A DNA stretch of 64,000 nucleotides, taken from contig JAURNY010000031.1 in the NCBI GenBank assembly GCA_030829955.1, positions 5,374 to 69,373 of the forward strand. The letters are read 5' to 3'. The notes beneath the pieces were generated by a model that saw nothing but the letters and a program-made list of their open reading frames with translations, made no database searches and was not told the origin of the DNA. The stretch comes from Gammaproteobacteria bacterium (GTDB lineage: Bacteria > Pseudomonadota > Gammaproteobacteria > Eutrophobiales > Eutrophobiaceae). A program made the translations under genes and the position numbers. This document shows positions 1 to 9,607 of this stretch, in pieces; position 1 is the first letter of the stretch; each line of letters starts with the position of its first letter.

Positions 1-291
1 CTGATTTATATATTCTTGTAGACGTTCGATATGGTTTGTTTGTTCCTGTTCCACCATTAGTGCCCAGCGCTCTCTAGAACCTATTAACATTTGATTCGCA
101 CCGGATTTTCTAATTTTATAGCTATCTTTGCCAGGTTGATCAATTTCAAATGCATGATGCGCATGTTTGATGACACCGATATTCAGTCCATGTTTTTTTA
201 GCAATGGTATAAGATTAATTAACAAGGTGGTTTTGCCAGTGCCACTATATGCCGCAAAACCTAATATCGGTATATCACAATTAATAGTCAT
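1..291 (-). CDS. mobB: molybdopterin-guanine dinucleotide biosynthesis protein B (5' part; runs off the window edge)
   Basis: Hand translation of the minus strand from ATG at 291: MTINCDIPILGFAAYSGTGKTTLL...GVIKHAHHAFEIDQPGKDSYKIRKSGA. Has the Walker A and KHAHH..D.PGKDS MobB motifs and overlaps the mobA stop. Confidence 0.93.
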   Translation of the reverse strand, partial: MTINCDIPILGFAAYSGTGKTTLLINLIPLLKKHGLNIGVIKHAHHAFEIDQPGKDSYKIRKSGANQMLIGSRERWALMVEQEQTNHIERLQEYINQ

Positions 292-895
292 GGGATTTTA
301 ACGCGTCTTCTGCAGCCATTAAATCTTCAGGTGTATTGATATTATTAAATGCAGCACTAACATTAGTAAAATCGACGGCCACCATATTATGTTTTGAAAA
401 CCATTTATCTATTTTGCGTTCACCTATTTTCAAAAATGCTTCTAATGAATCTATTAAATTCGATTTTAAAAGACAAAATACAGGTTGTAGACGTTGATTT
501 GTTTCTACAACACTGATATCTGCATTTGCTTCAGATAATTTATTGCCGAGTTTTTTAACCATGTAATTAGGTATAAACGGTGAATCACAGGGCGTCATTA
601 ACAAATAAGAGGTATTGCAATGTTTCATTGCGGTATAAAAGCCGGCCAAGGGACCATCAAAGTGTCCAATTTCATCTTCAATTATGTTTAGACCAATCTC
701 AGCATATTGACGCTGACTACGATTGGCATTGATTAGCAGATGATTCACCTGCGGTTGAATACGATTGATAACATGTTGAATCATAGGTTGACCACCAAGT
801 TTAACCAGACCTTTATCCGTTCCCTGCATACGTCTAGCCTGTCCGCCAGCAAGGATTACGCCTGTGATATCTTTTTTTATTATATTGGTCATCAA
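281..895 (-). CDS. mobA: molybdenum cofactor guanylyltransferase
   Basis: GVILAGGQARRMQGTDKG N-terminus, GPLAG, PCDSPF and NINTPEDL motifs. Confidence 0.95.
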   Translation of the reverse strand: MMTNIIKKDITGVILAGGQARRMQGTDKGLVKLGGQPMIQHVINRIQPQVNHLLINANRSQRQYAEIGLNIIEDEIGHFDGPLAGFYTAMKHCNTSYLLMTPCDSPFIPNYMVKKLGNKLSEANADISVVETNQRLQPVFCLLKSNLIDSLEAFLKIGERKIDKWFSKHNMVAVDFTNVSAAFNNINTPEDLMAAEDALKSHDY

Positions 896-915
896 TATAT
901 TAATTGGAGTAAATT

Positions 916-1038
916 ATGAATGAAGACGATTTTAATATGGAAATGCGTAAATTTCTGAAAAAAGTCGGAATTACATCCCAACGTGAGATAACTCATGCAG
1001 TAGAAACTGAAATTAATAGTGATATCGCACTGGACTAA
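916..1038 (+). pseudogene. truncated DUF6494-like small protein (40 aa)
   Basis: GGAG SD at 906-909, then MNEDDFNMEMRKFLKKVGITSQREITHAVETEINSDIALD*. Resembles the N-half of the ~70-aa MNE..FNM..RKFLK.VG.TSQREIE family; the stop overlaps the fdhD stop. Confidence 0.55.
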
Positions 1039-1892
1039 TCTTTTTTTAAATTAGCGACTTCACGCTTTTCAGGTAAATTACAATTAAAATCGATATTTTC
1101 CTTGCCATTATAAATCAGAAAATGTTTATTTTTCGCGCGCGATAGCAGGGTAATATTTAAATCTTTTGCTAGATTCAATCCCATTTGAGTAATGCCAGAT
1201 CGAGATAACAGGATCGGAATATTCATCTGTGCCACTTTAATAACCATTTCGGATGTTAAGCGACCAGTGGTATAAAATATTTTGTTATTACCATCTATAT
1301 TTTCCAGCCACATTTTACCTGCAATAGCATCGACAGCATTATGTCTTCCGACATCTTCAATAAAAATTAATGGAGTCGTGTCTTCACACAAGGCACAACC
1401 ATGAACTGCACCTGCATTTTTATAGACATCATTAAATATATTCAGATTTTTTAAAAGCTGATATAAACGAGACTGTTTTAATCTAAATGGTTTAATCTGT
1501 GTTTGTTCGAGTTGAGACATGACATCGCCAAAGACAGTGCCCTGGCCACAACCCGTTGTGACTATTCTTGGACCCAGGCGCTCTTTCCAGTCATCGCGAT
1601 TGCTATAGGTTGTAATTGCAACTGCATTAACATCCCAGTCAACCTGAACAGATTTGATTTCATTTATATTGCTGACCAGACCCTGATTTTTGATATAACC
1701 CAATGCGAGTAATTCTGGTTGGGTGCCTAATGTCATCAAGGTGACGATTTCATAACTATCAATATATATTGTAAGTGGACGTTCTTCTGCTATTTGTAAT
1801 TCACGAATATTCTGATATTCGTCCATAACATCAACACTTAATGTAGGATCAAGTCCCGCATTGGTCATTTCGGGACGATAGGATGAAGGCAT
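1035..1892 (-). CDS. fdhD: formate dehydrogenase accessory sulfurtransferase FdhD
   Basis: EERPLTIY, TTGCGQG, GAVHGCAL, EDVGRHNAVD and TTGRLTSEMVIK motifs; lies inside the Moco cluster. Confidence 0.93.
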   Translation of the reverse strand: MPSSYRPEMTNAGLDPTLSVDVMDEYQNIRELQIAEERPLTIYIDSYEIVTLMTLGTQPELLALGYIKNQGLVSNINEIKSVQVDWDVNAVAITTYSNRDDWKERLGPRIVTTGCGQGTVFGDVMSQLEQTQIKPFRLKQSRLYQLLKNLNIFNDVYKNAGAVHGCALCEDTTPLIFIEDVGRHNAVDAIAGKMWLENIDGNNKIFYTTGRLTSEMVIKVAQMNIPILLSRSGITQMGLNLAKDLNITLLSRAKNKHFLIYNGKENIDFNCNLPEKREVANLKKD

Positions 1893-1893
1893 A

Positions 1894-2892
1894 TTACCCG
1901 CCAGTCACATTCATGTGACGGAAAATAATTGGCTTCTCGTTAAGATTGAAATCATGACCTTTGGGTTTAATGCTCATGGCATCACGTATGGCTTGTTTTA
2001 ATGCTTCGTCATTGTCAGGATGCGCGCGAACCACTTTGCGTAGATCAACAGAATGCTCCTGTCCTAAACATAACAATAATCGACCTTCACAGGTTAAACG
2101 TACACGATTACATTGGTCACAAAAATTATGACTGTGTGGCGATATAAAACCGACACGAGTATTGTGTCCGGTCAGTTTGTAATATTTAGATGGACCAGCC
2201 GTTGTTTCTGTCGTTGGGATCAATTCAAAACTTGATTCAAGATCACGTCTGATTTCATCACTCGAATAATATGCTTCGGCACGGTCATGATCACCAATGA
2301 CTCCTAAAGGCATTTCTTCAATAAAACTGATATCAATACCTTTATCTATGACATAGTTTACCAGATCAACGACTTCATCATGATTACGATTTTTTAAAAT
2401 CACAGCATTGATTTTGATTTTTTTAAAGCCAACAGCTAATGCAGTATCAATTCCGTCTAATACTTTATTTAAATCACCAACGCGAGTAATCCGTTTGAAT
2501 TTATTGGCATCAAGTGAATCCAGACTTATATTGAGACGCTTAACACCCGCATCTTTTAATTGCTGCGCCATGGCTTCGAGTTGTGAGCCATTTGTTGTGG
2601 TTACTAATTCTTTTAAACCGGGTAGGGCACCAAGATCATTAAATAGTTTAATAATGTTTCTACGGATTAGAGGCTCACCACCGGTAATACGAATTTTGTT
2701 TACGCCTAATTCAGTAAATGCCTTGCCGATACGGGCAATTTCTTCCAGTGTCAGTAACTGTGCGCGCGGAATAAACTTCATTTCATCGTCCATACAATAG
2801 ATACAGCGAAAATCACAGCGATCAGTGACCGATATGCGTACGTAATTGACTACGCGACTGAAATTATCAACAAGTTGCTCTTGAACAGACAT
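1894..2892 (-). CDS. moaA: GTP 3',8-cyclase (radical SAM)
   Basis: CDFRCIYC radical-SAM motif, FCDQCNRVRLT twitch motif, C-terminal GG. Confidence 0.97.
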   Translation of the reverse strand: MSVQEQLVDNFSRVVNYVRISVTDRCDFRCIYCMDDEMKFIPRAQLLTLEEIARIGKAFTELGVNKIRITGGEPLIRRNIIKLFNDLGALPGLKELVTTTNGSQLEAMAQQLKDAGVKRLNISLDSLDANKFKRITRVGDLNKVLDGIDTALAVGFKKIKINAVILKNRNHDEVVDLVNYVIDKGIDISFIEEMPLGVIGDHDRAEAYYSSDEIRRDLESSFELIPTTETTAGPSKYYKLTGHNTRVGFISPHSHNFCDQCNRVRLTCEGRLLLCLGQEHSVDLRKVVRAHPDNDEALKQAIRDAMSIKPKGHDFNLNEKPIIFRHMNVTGG

Positions 2893-2977
2893 TCAATAAT
2901 AGAAAAATATTTAATTAGCTAGATATTATAGTGTAATCACAAGAGGATATATAGAAAATACAAGCGTTTCGATTGAT

Positions 2978-3457
2978 CTAAATTGCATCAGACCAGCTGG
3001 AAAAAGGGTGGTTTACCAGAAAAATATTGTAATAACGGCTATCTTCAGTCACTTCCGAGCCTAGCCATTTAGGTTTTTCAAACGCCTCATCAATATTATT
3101 CAATTCTATTTCAGCAACAATTAATCCTGCATTTTCACCTTCAAAGACATCTATTTCCCAAATATGTTGTCCAATTTGCAAATAATGTCGTGTTTTTTCG
3201 ATTAATGGTTTATCACATAGCTGATTTATTAGTTCTTCAGCATCATCAGTTGGAATCTTGTATTCGTATTCATTTCTGGCTGTGCCAATGACTTTTGACT
3301 TGATATTCAGATCTGCAACATTTCCATTAATTCTTACGCGTACAGAATTATGTTCATTGCCGCCTAAATACCCCTGTACCATCCTCTCACTTTTAGTGAT
3401 ATGTTGTTTCCAGTTTTCGTTGATGACCAGAAACTTACGTTCTATTTCTATTGCCAT
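2978..3457 (-). CDS. CYTH-domain triphosphatase / adenylate cyclase-like protein
   Basis: EIERKF N-terminal ExExK motif; WEIDVFEGENAGLIVAEIEL. Confidence 0.9.
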   Translation of the reverse strand: MAIEIERKFLVINENWKQHITKSERMVQGYLGGNEHNSVRVRINGNVADLNIKSKVIGTARNEYEYKIPTDDAEELINQLCDKPLIEKTRHYLQIGQHIWEIDVFEGENAGLIVAEIELNNIDEAFEKPKWLGSEVTEDSRYYNIFLVNHPFSSWSDAI

Positions 3458-3500
3458 AACCCAGCAACTATACGAGCCAATAAAACTATTTCAAGTAAAA

Positions 3501-4739
3501 ATGGAAAAGCAGAGAATCACAATAAATGATCTAACCAATACCAGAATCATCGCTATTCTATTGTTGGGATTTTCTTCTGGTTTGCCACTGACACTTAGCG
3601 GGGGGACATTGCAGGCATGGTTGGCCGATGTTGATGTTGATATTCAATCGATCGCATGGTTCTCCATGGCGGGTTTGCCATACACACTAAAATTTATCTG
3701 GGCTCCTCTAATGGACCGTTATGTGCCCCTCAATCTAGGTAGAAGACGTAGCTGGATGTTTATCAGCCAGTTAGCATTATTAATATCTATTTCATTGATG
3801 GCATTTTTCACACCCGAAACCGAGCTGAAATGGATGGGCATGTTGGCGTTCTTAATTGCTTTTTTTTCTGCGTCACAGGATATTGCCTTCGATGCATATC
3901 GTACGGATATATTAAACCCGAATGAGCGAGGTTTAGGTGCGGCTGTTTCTGTCGGCGGATATCGTGTTGCGATGATAGCGTCAGGTGCAGGTGCATTAAT
4001 AATTGCTGATTTTTATAGTTGGAAAACCGCCTATTTAGTGATGGCAGTTTTGATGTTGATAGGCATGACGACATCCTGGGTATGTTTTCAGCCACAAAAT
4101 GAATCTCGGCCTTTAAATTTACAAGCGGCAGTTGTCGAACCATTTTTTGAATTTATTAGGCGTCCTTTTGCGATAGGTCTGCTCTGTTTAATAGTGCTTT
4201 ATAAAATTGGCGATGCATTTGCAGGGACATTAACAACAGCTTTTCTGATTCAAGCTCTGGACTTTTCGACCTCAGAAGTTGGCATTGTTAATAAAGGATT
4301 AGGTCTTATCTCGACATTATTTGGCATATTTGTAGGTGGAATACTGATGCTTAGGGTTGGTTTATTTCAATCCTTATTCTGGTTTGGTTTGCTTCAGGCA
4401 TTTACCAATCTTGGTTTTATGATTTTGTCGTTTGTTGGTAAAAGTTATGCTGGCATGCTCATTGTGATTGGTATGGAAAACCTATCCGGCGGTATGGGAA
4501 CGGCCGCGTTTGTCGCATTATTAATGGCGTTATGTAACCAACGTTATACAGCAACCCAATTTGCCTTGTTATCGGCCTTTTCAGCGATCGGTCGTGTATT
4601 TGTTGGTCCGCCTGCCGGTTATCTTGTTACGGAAGTTGGCTGGGGTTTATTTTTTATGACAACTTTTATAATAGCATTACCCGGATTGCTATTATTATAT
4701 ATCATGCGTATCTACTTGTTACGTTATGATGTCGGTTAA
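3501..4739 (+). CDS. ampG: muropeptide MFS permease AmpG
   Basis: LLGFSSGLP, LKFIWAPLMD, SASQDIAFDAYR and ATQFALLS motifs. Start moved to ATG 3501 because the upstream part of the ORF overlaps the CYTH gene. Confidence 0.92.
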   Translation: MEKQRITINDLTNTRIIAILLLGFSSGLPLTLSGGTLQAWLADVDVDIQSIAWFSMAGLPYTLKFIWAPLMDRYVPLNLGRRRSWMFISQLALLISISLMAFFTPETELKWMGMLAFLIAFFSASQDIAFDAYRTDILNPNERGLGAAVSVGGYRVAMIASGAGALIIADFYSWKTAYLVMAVLMLIGMTTSWVCFQPQNESRPLNLQAAVVEPFFEFIRRPFAIGLLCLIVLYKIGDAFAGTLTTAFLIQALDFSTSEVGIVNKGLGLISTLFGIFVGGILMLRVGLFQSLFWFGLLQAFTNLGFMILSFVGKSYAGMLIVIGMENLSGGMGTAAFVALLMALCNQRYTATQFALLSAFSAIGRVFVGPPAGYLVTEVGWGLFFMTTFIIALPGLLLLYIMRIYLLRYDVG

Positions 4740-5105
4740 TCATTACCTGTAGTAAGGTTTTTAAATCCAACTTCCAGTGCATGACGATAACCGCGTTCAT
4801 ATCGCTAAAAATAACTATTTGTATTTTGTTTAGAATAATATGGCTGGGTCCTGCTATAAAACTTATTGTTGTTAATATTTTTTTATTGAAGATTAGTTGA
4901 AAGATTGACGCTGAACTTATGATTTAGATAAAGATTATTTATTAGTTGGTTAATTCCAAAATTAAGCCTCTTCGCATAATTATCAGCGTGCTTGTTGAAA
5001 GAATAAGCAGATAATGGGTAACCAATAATAACTTTTACCTCAGTCTTTATTTGAAGTTGCAGCGAAAATAACAGACAAATCAATATTAAAAGTAAAGATA
5101 TAATA
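4736..5105 (-). pseudogene. possible decayed gene for a secreted protein
   Basis: One minus-strand frame: AGGAG SD, hydrophobic leader ISLLLILICLLFSLQLQ, two in-frame stops (4883-4885 and ~4805), ending YF*RYERGYRHALEVGFK. No family recognised. Confidence 0.3.
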
Positions 5106-5148
5106 TGCTCCTGACTTCAAATCAAAGGTTTAAAGGGTAAAAATAAAA

Positions 5149-5436
5149 ATGCTTTCAATTAAAGCCAAACCACGAGTTGAAATTCACTACTGCAAAAAAT
5201 GTCGTTTTATCTTGCGCGCAAGTTGGCTGGCACAGGAATTATTATTTACGTTTGAAGATATGCTGGGGGAGTGTTCGCTGGTGCCGACAGACAAGGGTAT
5301 ATTTAATGTGCTGTTAGACGGAGAGTTAATTTACTCAAAACAAGATTCAGGTAAATTTCCGGAATCAAATAAATTAAAACAATTAATCAGAGATAAGATA
5401 GAACCTGATATGTCGCTAGGGCATAGCGACATATAA
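5149..5436 (+). CDS. SelT/SelW/SelH (Rdx) family thioredoxin-like protein
   Basis: IHYCKKC CxxC, LRASWLAQELL, FPE..LKQLIRD.I.P...LGHSD. Confidence 0.9.
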   Translation: MLSIKAKPRVEIHYCKKCRFILRASWLAQELLFTFEDMLGECSLVPTDKGIFNVLLDGELIYSKQDSGKFPESNKLKQLIRDKIEPDMSLGHSDI

Positions 5437-5727
5437 TATTAATCAACTATTCAATCCAGATCACTGGCCCCATCAGTATGTGAGCCGGCTAAATCAAACA
5501 CGAGCTCCATTACATTAAGACACTCCAATAAATTTATATTGAAAAAACTGAATTAAAGCATTGAAAATACTATTATTTACTTTTTAACTTAACGTATTCT
5601 ATAAATAAAGACATTAAAATTATTTTTAATGTAGGAAAATTCTGATAGCCCATCAAAAAATATAAAATAATATGATTAACTAACATAAATTTTTGAACCA
5701 GTTCAGATGTTTAAATATTGAAAAAGC

Positions 5728-8700
5728 ATGTCTATAAACAGTCACTTTGAAAACCAACTAGCAGTATTACGTGACAAATTAAATCACGTCTGTCGCAGTG
5801 ATTATTTTCGACTGCGTGCTAGGGTTAATCGATTAGCGATGGATAAAGATAAAAATCTATCTGAGTTAAAGCGACAGATAGAGATAGCAGTTGAACGTTT
5901 TGAGTGGCGTAATGCTCATGTGCCTGTTCAAGAATACCAAACTATATTACCGATCTTTGAAAAGAAAGCTGAAATTCAGGAATTACTCGCCGAAAATCAA
6001 GTATTGATTATTTGCGGCGAAACCGGTTCGGGCAAGACTACGCAGTTACCATTGTATTGTCTTGAAGCAGGTAGAGGAGTTAATGGTGTTATAGGGCATA
6101 CACAACCGAGAAGAATTGCAGCAAGAACGGTTTCTAAACGTATTGCAGAATCATTGCAATCAACGATTGGCGAAGCCGTTGGTTATAAGATTCGTCATCA
6201 GGATTTATCAACAGATAAAACCTACATTAAATTAATGACGGATGGCATTCTTTTAAGTGAGATGCAAAGTGATAGATATCTTAATCAATATGACACATTG
6301 ATAATAGATGAAGCCCATGAACGTAGTCTGAATATTGATTTCATTCTTGGCTACATCAAGCAACTATTACCAAAACGACCAGATCTGAAAGTGATCGTTA
6401 CATCAGCCACGATTGATGTGAAACGGTTTTCAGAGTTTTTTAATCAAGCACCGATCATTGAGGTTTCTGGAAAGACTTATCCCGTCGATGTTCTTTATCG
6501 TCCAATAGATGAAGAAGGGGATGATGATGCCAGATTAAAAGCAATAGCCGATGCAGTAAGCGAGTTATCGACATTTGACATGGGTGATATTCTGATTTTT
6601 CTGGAAGGCGAAGGTGAAATTCACGAAACAGATAAATATCTATCAAAATTAAAGTTAAATGATACTGATATTTTGCCACTTTATGCACGCTTAAGTACAT
6701 CGAGACAATCAAAAATATTTGCACCACATAAACGAAGGCATATTGTTCTGGCAACGAATATTGCTGAAACATCTTTAACTATTCCCGGGATTAGATATGT
6801 GATTGATACCGGCAAGGCGAGGGTAAGTCGATATAGTGCTCAAAGTAAGGTGCAACGCTTACCAATTGAAAAGATATCACGTGCTGCAGCAAATCAACGC
6901 AAGGGTCGATGTGGGCGTACCAGTGACGGGATATGTATCAGGCTATATAGCGAAGAAGACTTTTTGTCGCGAACAGAATTCACACAACCGGAAATTCTTA
7001 GAACTAATTTAGCTTCAGTTATCTTGCAAATGAAAGTTTTGGGGTTGGGCGATATAAAGGCATATCCTTTTCTTGAGGCACCCAATGACAAGCTAATTAA
7101 TGATGGTTTGAATGTGTTGAAAGAAATTAATGCAATCAATCAAAATGAATCTTTAACTAGGCAAGGTAGAAAGATCGCAAGAATACCAATTGAACCTCGT
7201 TATGCGCGCATGTTACTTGCTGCTGCAGAATATAATTGCGTTAGTGAACTATTAATTATCGTTAGTGTTTTGAGTATTCAGGACCCGCGTGAAAGACCGT
7301 TGGATAATATTGCGAAGGCAGATAAGGCTCATAGACAGTTTAATGATGAAAATTCCGATTTTTTGTGGTTCGTAAATCTTTGGAATTTTTATCACAATCA
7401 ATTAAACAAGCTGTCTCAAAACAAGCTAAAGAAGCTTTGTAATCAAAATTTTATTTCTTATTTAAGAATGCGCGAATGGCTGGATATACATCGACAGCTT
7501 CGCCATGTCAGCACGGAATTAAAATTACCATTAAATCGGGATGCGGCAAATTATCAGTCTTTGCATTGCGCAATATTAACCGGTTTGGCAAGTTATGTTG
7601 CCTATTTGTCGGATAAGCATGTCTATACAGGTGCAAGAAATGTCCAATCTTATTTGTTTCCGGCTTCTGTTTTATTTGAGAAGAAACCAAAATGGGTTGT
7701 GTCAGCTGAGTTAGTGGAAACATCAAAATTGTATGCAAGAAACTCTGCCATGATTGAGTCACAATGGGTAATTCATACAGCAAAGCATTTACTTAAATAT
7801 TCTTATTCGGATATTCGTTGGGAAAGGTCAGGTTCTAGGATTATCGCCAAAGAAACCATTTTATTGTATGGCATGACCTTAAGCGCAGATAAAACAATTA
7901 ATTATGGAAAAATAAATGCAAAGGAATCACGTAAATTATTTATTCAACGGGCGTTGGTAGATTTGGAATTTGATAGTCATTCAGACCTTTTTGCTAACAA
8001 TAAGAAAACAATAGATGAAATAAGAGAAATAGAAATCAGAACCAGACGACCCGATATGCTTAATGAATCAACTGTATATGATTTTTATGATGTAAAATTG
8101 CCGGACGATGTTTTTGATGGGCATAGTTATGAACGATGGTCTGCAAAATTGAATAAGTCAGCTTATGAAGAATATCTGTTAAGTAAAGAAGATATTATTT
8201 TTTCAGAAAATACTCACTATCAAGATGCATATTATCCAGATACCTTATCGATCAATAATATTAGTTTGCCACTTGAGTATCAGTTCGTGCCTGGCAAACA
8301 ACATGATGGTATTACTGTCGATATTCCTCTTGAAACACTAAAGCAATATCATGATCAGCAATTTGATTATCTGGTGCCCGGGTTACTAAAAGAAAAGATA
8401 ATCTGTTTGTTAAAGTCTTTACCTAAATCCATTCGTAAACAATTAGTGCCCGTGCCGGATGTTGCTGAAGAATGCAGTAACAATATTAAGCAGCATAAAT
8501 CAGGATTAAAAGATGCGCTTGCAGCCTATTTATACAGGACCAGGGGCATCAGGATTGAAGGTGCCGATTGGTCAAATGATGGGTTGCCTGAACATCTGAA
8601 GTTTAATTTCAGAGTAATCGATAAAAATCAAAATATTATCGCAGAAGAACGCAGCCTTGAAATTCTGCATGAAAAGTTGTCTATACAATCAGATTCGGCT

Positions 8701-9603
8701 TTTAATAAAGTCATTCAGACTAAACAAGGTTCAAAACCGATCACTCAGTGGGATTTTGGTGATATACCGGTTTCTGAGCAATTAACTGCTGGTGAAACAA
8801 GTTTTACTGTTTATCCGGCACTAATTGAGGATGATGGTGAAGTTTATCGACGTGCTTTTGATAGTCTGGAAGCAGCAGAACATGATTTTAAATTTGGATT
8901 GCGTGCCTTATACAAATCATATTTGAAGTCTGATTTAAAATATTTAAGTAAAAATATTCGTGATATTGATACGCTGGCATTACGTTATAGTGCTATTGGT
9001 GCCAGAAGTGATCTTGTTGAATCGTTTGTTAATCAGATTATTGATGAAGTCTTCTTGTTTGAACAAAAAGCGATTCGTAAACAGGAAGATTTTTTTGCAA
9101 AATTCGAGCAAGGCAGAGGACGTATATTTTTACAGGCAGAAAAGCTTTCAGTTTTATTAAATTTAATCTTCGAAAACTATAATAGAATCAATATTGCTCT
9201 TGCAGAATTAAACTATCAACTGTTTGACTTTGCTATTGATGATATTAATGAACAGTTAGCGTATTTGTTCTATAACGGCTTTATAGAAGATATTACTTTT
9301 CATGAATTAAGCCAGTATCCGCGCTATCTTGAATCAATCTGGAAAAGACTGGAAAAGCTGGAATATTCGCTTGGAAAAGATAAAAAATATACTGAAGAAA
9401 TTAAACCGCATTGGAATCGGATCAAACAATTAGTAGATAATGCCTATAACACAGGTGAATATTCGCCTATATTAAATGAATATCGTTGGCTTATGGAAGA
9501 GTGGCGCATTTCATTGTTTACGCAGGAATTGAAAACACAATTACCTGTTTCGTTAAAACGCATGGATAAAAAATGGCAAACATTGCAGGATTTCAATAGG
9601 TAG
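5728..9603 (+). CDS. hrpA: ATP-dependent RNA helicase HrpA
   Basis: GETGSGKTTQLP, DEAHERS, SAT and QRKGRCGR motifs; 1291 aa with C-terminal RWLMEEWRISLFTQEL. Confidence 0.96.
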   Translation: MSINSHFENQLAVLRDKLNHVCRSDYFRLRARVNRLAMDKDKNLSELKRQIEIAVERFEWRNAHVPVQEYQTILPIFEKKAEIQELLAENQVLIICGETGSGKTTQLPLYCLEAGRGVNGVIGHTQPRRIAARTVSKRIAESLQSTIGEAVGYKIRHQDLSTDKTYIKLMTDGILLSEMQSDRYLNQYDTLIIDEAHERSLNIDFILGYIKQLLPKRPDLKVIVTSATIDVKRFSEFFNQAPIIEVSGKTYPVDVLYRPIDEEGDDDARLKAIADAVSELSTFDMGDILIFLEGEGEIHETDKYLSKLKLNDTDILPLYARLSTSRQSKIFAPHKRRHIVLATNIAETSLTIPGIRYVIDTGKARVSRYSAQSKVQRLPIEKISRAAANQRKGRCGRTSDGICIRLYSEEDFLSRTEFTQPEILRTNLASVILQMKVLGLGDIKAYPFLEAPNDKLINDGLNVLKEINAINQNESLTRQGRKIARIPIEPRYARMLLAAAEYNCVSELLIIVSVLSIQDPRERPLDNIAKADKAHRQFNDENSDFLWFVNLWNFYHNQLNKLSQNKLKKLCNQNFISYLRMREWLDIHRQLRHVSTELKLPLNRDAANYQSLHCAILTGLASYVAYLSDKHVYTGARNVQSYLFPASVLFEKKPKWVVSAELVETSKLYARNSAMIESQWVIHTAKHLLKYSYSDIRWERSGSRIIAKETILLYGMTLSADKTINYGKINAKESRKLFIQRALVDLEFDSHSDLFANNKKTIDEIREIEIRTRRPDMLNESTVYDFYDVKLPDDVFDGHSYERWSAKLNKSAYEEYLLSKEDIIFSENTHYQDAYYPDTLSINNISLPLEYQFVPGKQHDGITVDIPLETLKQYHDQQFDYLVPGLLKEKIICLLKSLPKSIRKQLVPVPDVAEECSNNIKQHKSGLKDALAAYLYRTRGIRIEGADWSNDGLPEHLKFNFRVIDKNQNIIAEERSLEILHEKLSIQSDSAFNKVIQTKQGSKPITQWDFGDIPVSEQLTAGETSFTVYPALIEDDGEVYRRAFDSLEAAEHDFKFGLRALYKSYLKSDLKYLSKNIRDIDTLALRYSAIGARSDLVESFVNQIIDEVFLFEQKAIRKQEDFFAKFEQGRGRIFLQAEKLSVLLNLIFENYNRINIALAELNYQLFDFAIDDINEQLAYLFYNGFIEDITFHELSQYPRYLESIWKRLEKLEYSLGKDKKYTEEIKPHWNRIKQLVDNAYNTGEYSPILNEYRWLMEEWRISLFTQELKTQLPVSLKRMDKKWQTLQDFNR

Positions 9604-9607
9604 CTAC

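Noticed and set aside
2893..2977. Possible Moco riboswitch upstream of moaA
   Set aside because: The spacer is only 85 nt, AT-rich and has no suitable stems.
5149..5436. Possible selenoprotein (SelW-like)
   Set aside because: The motif is CKKC with no in-frame TGA.
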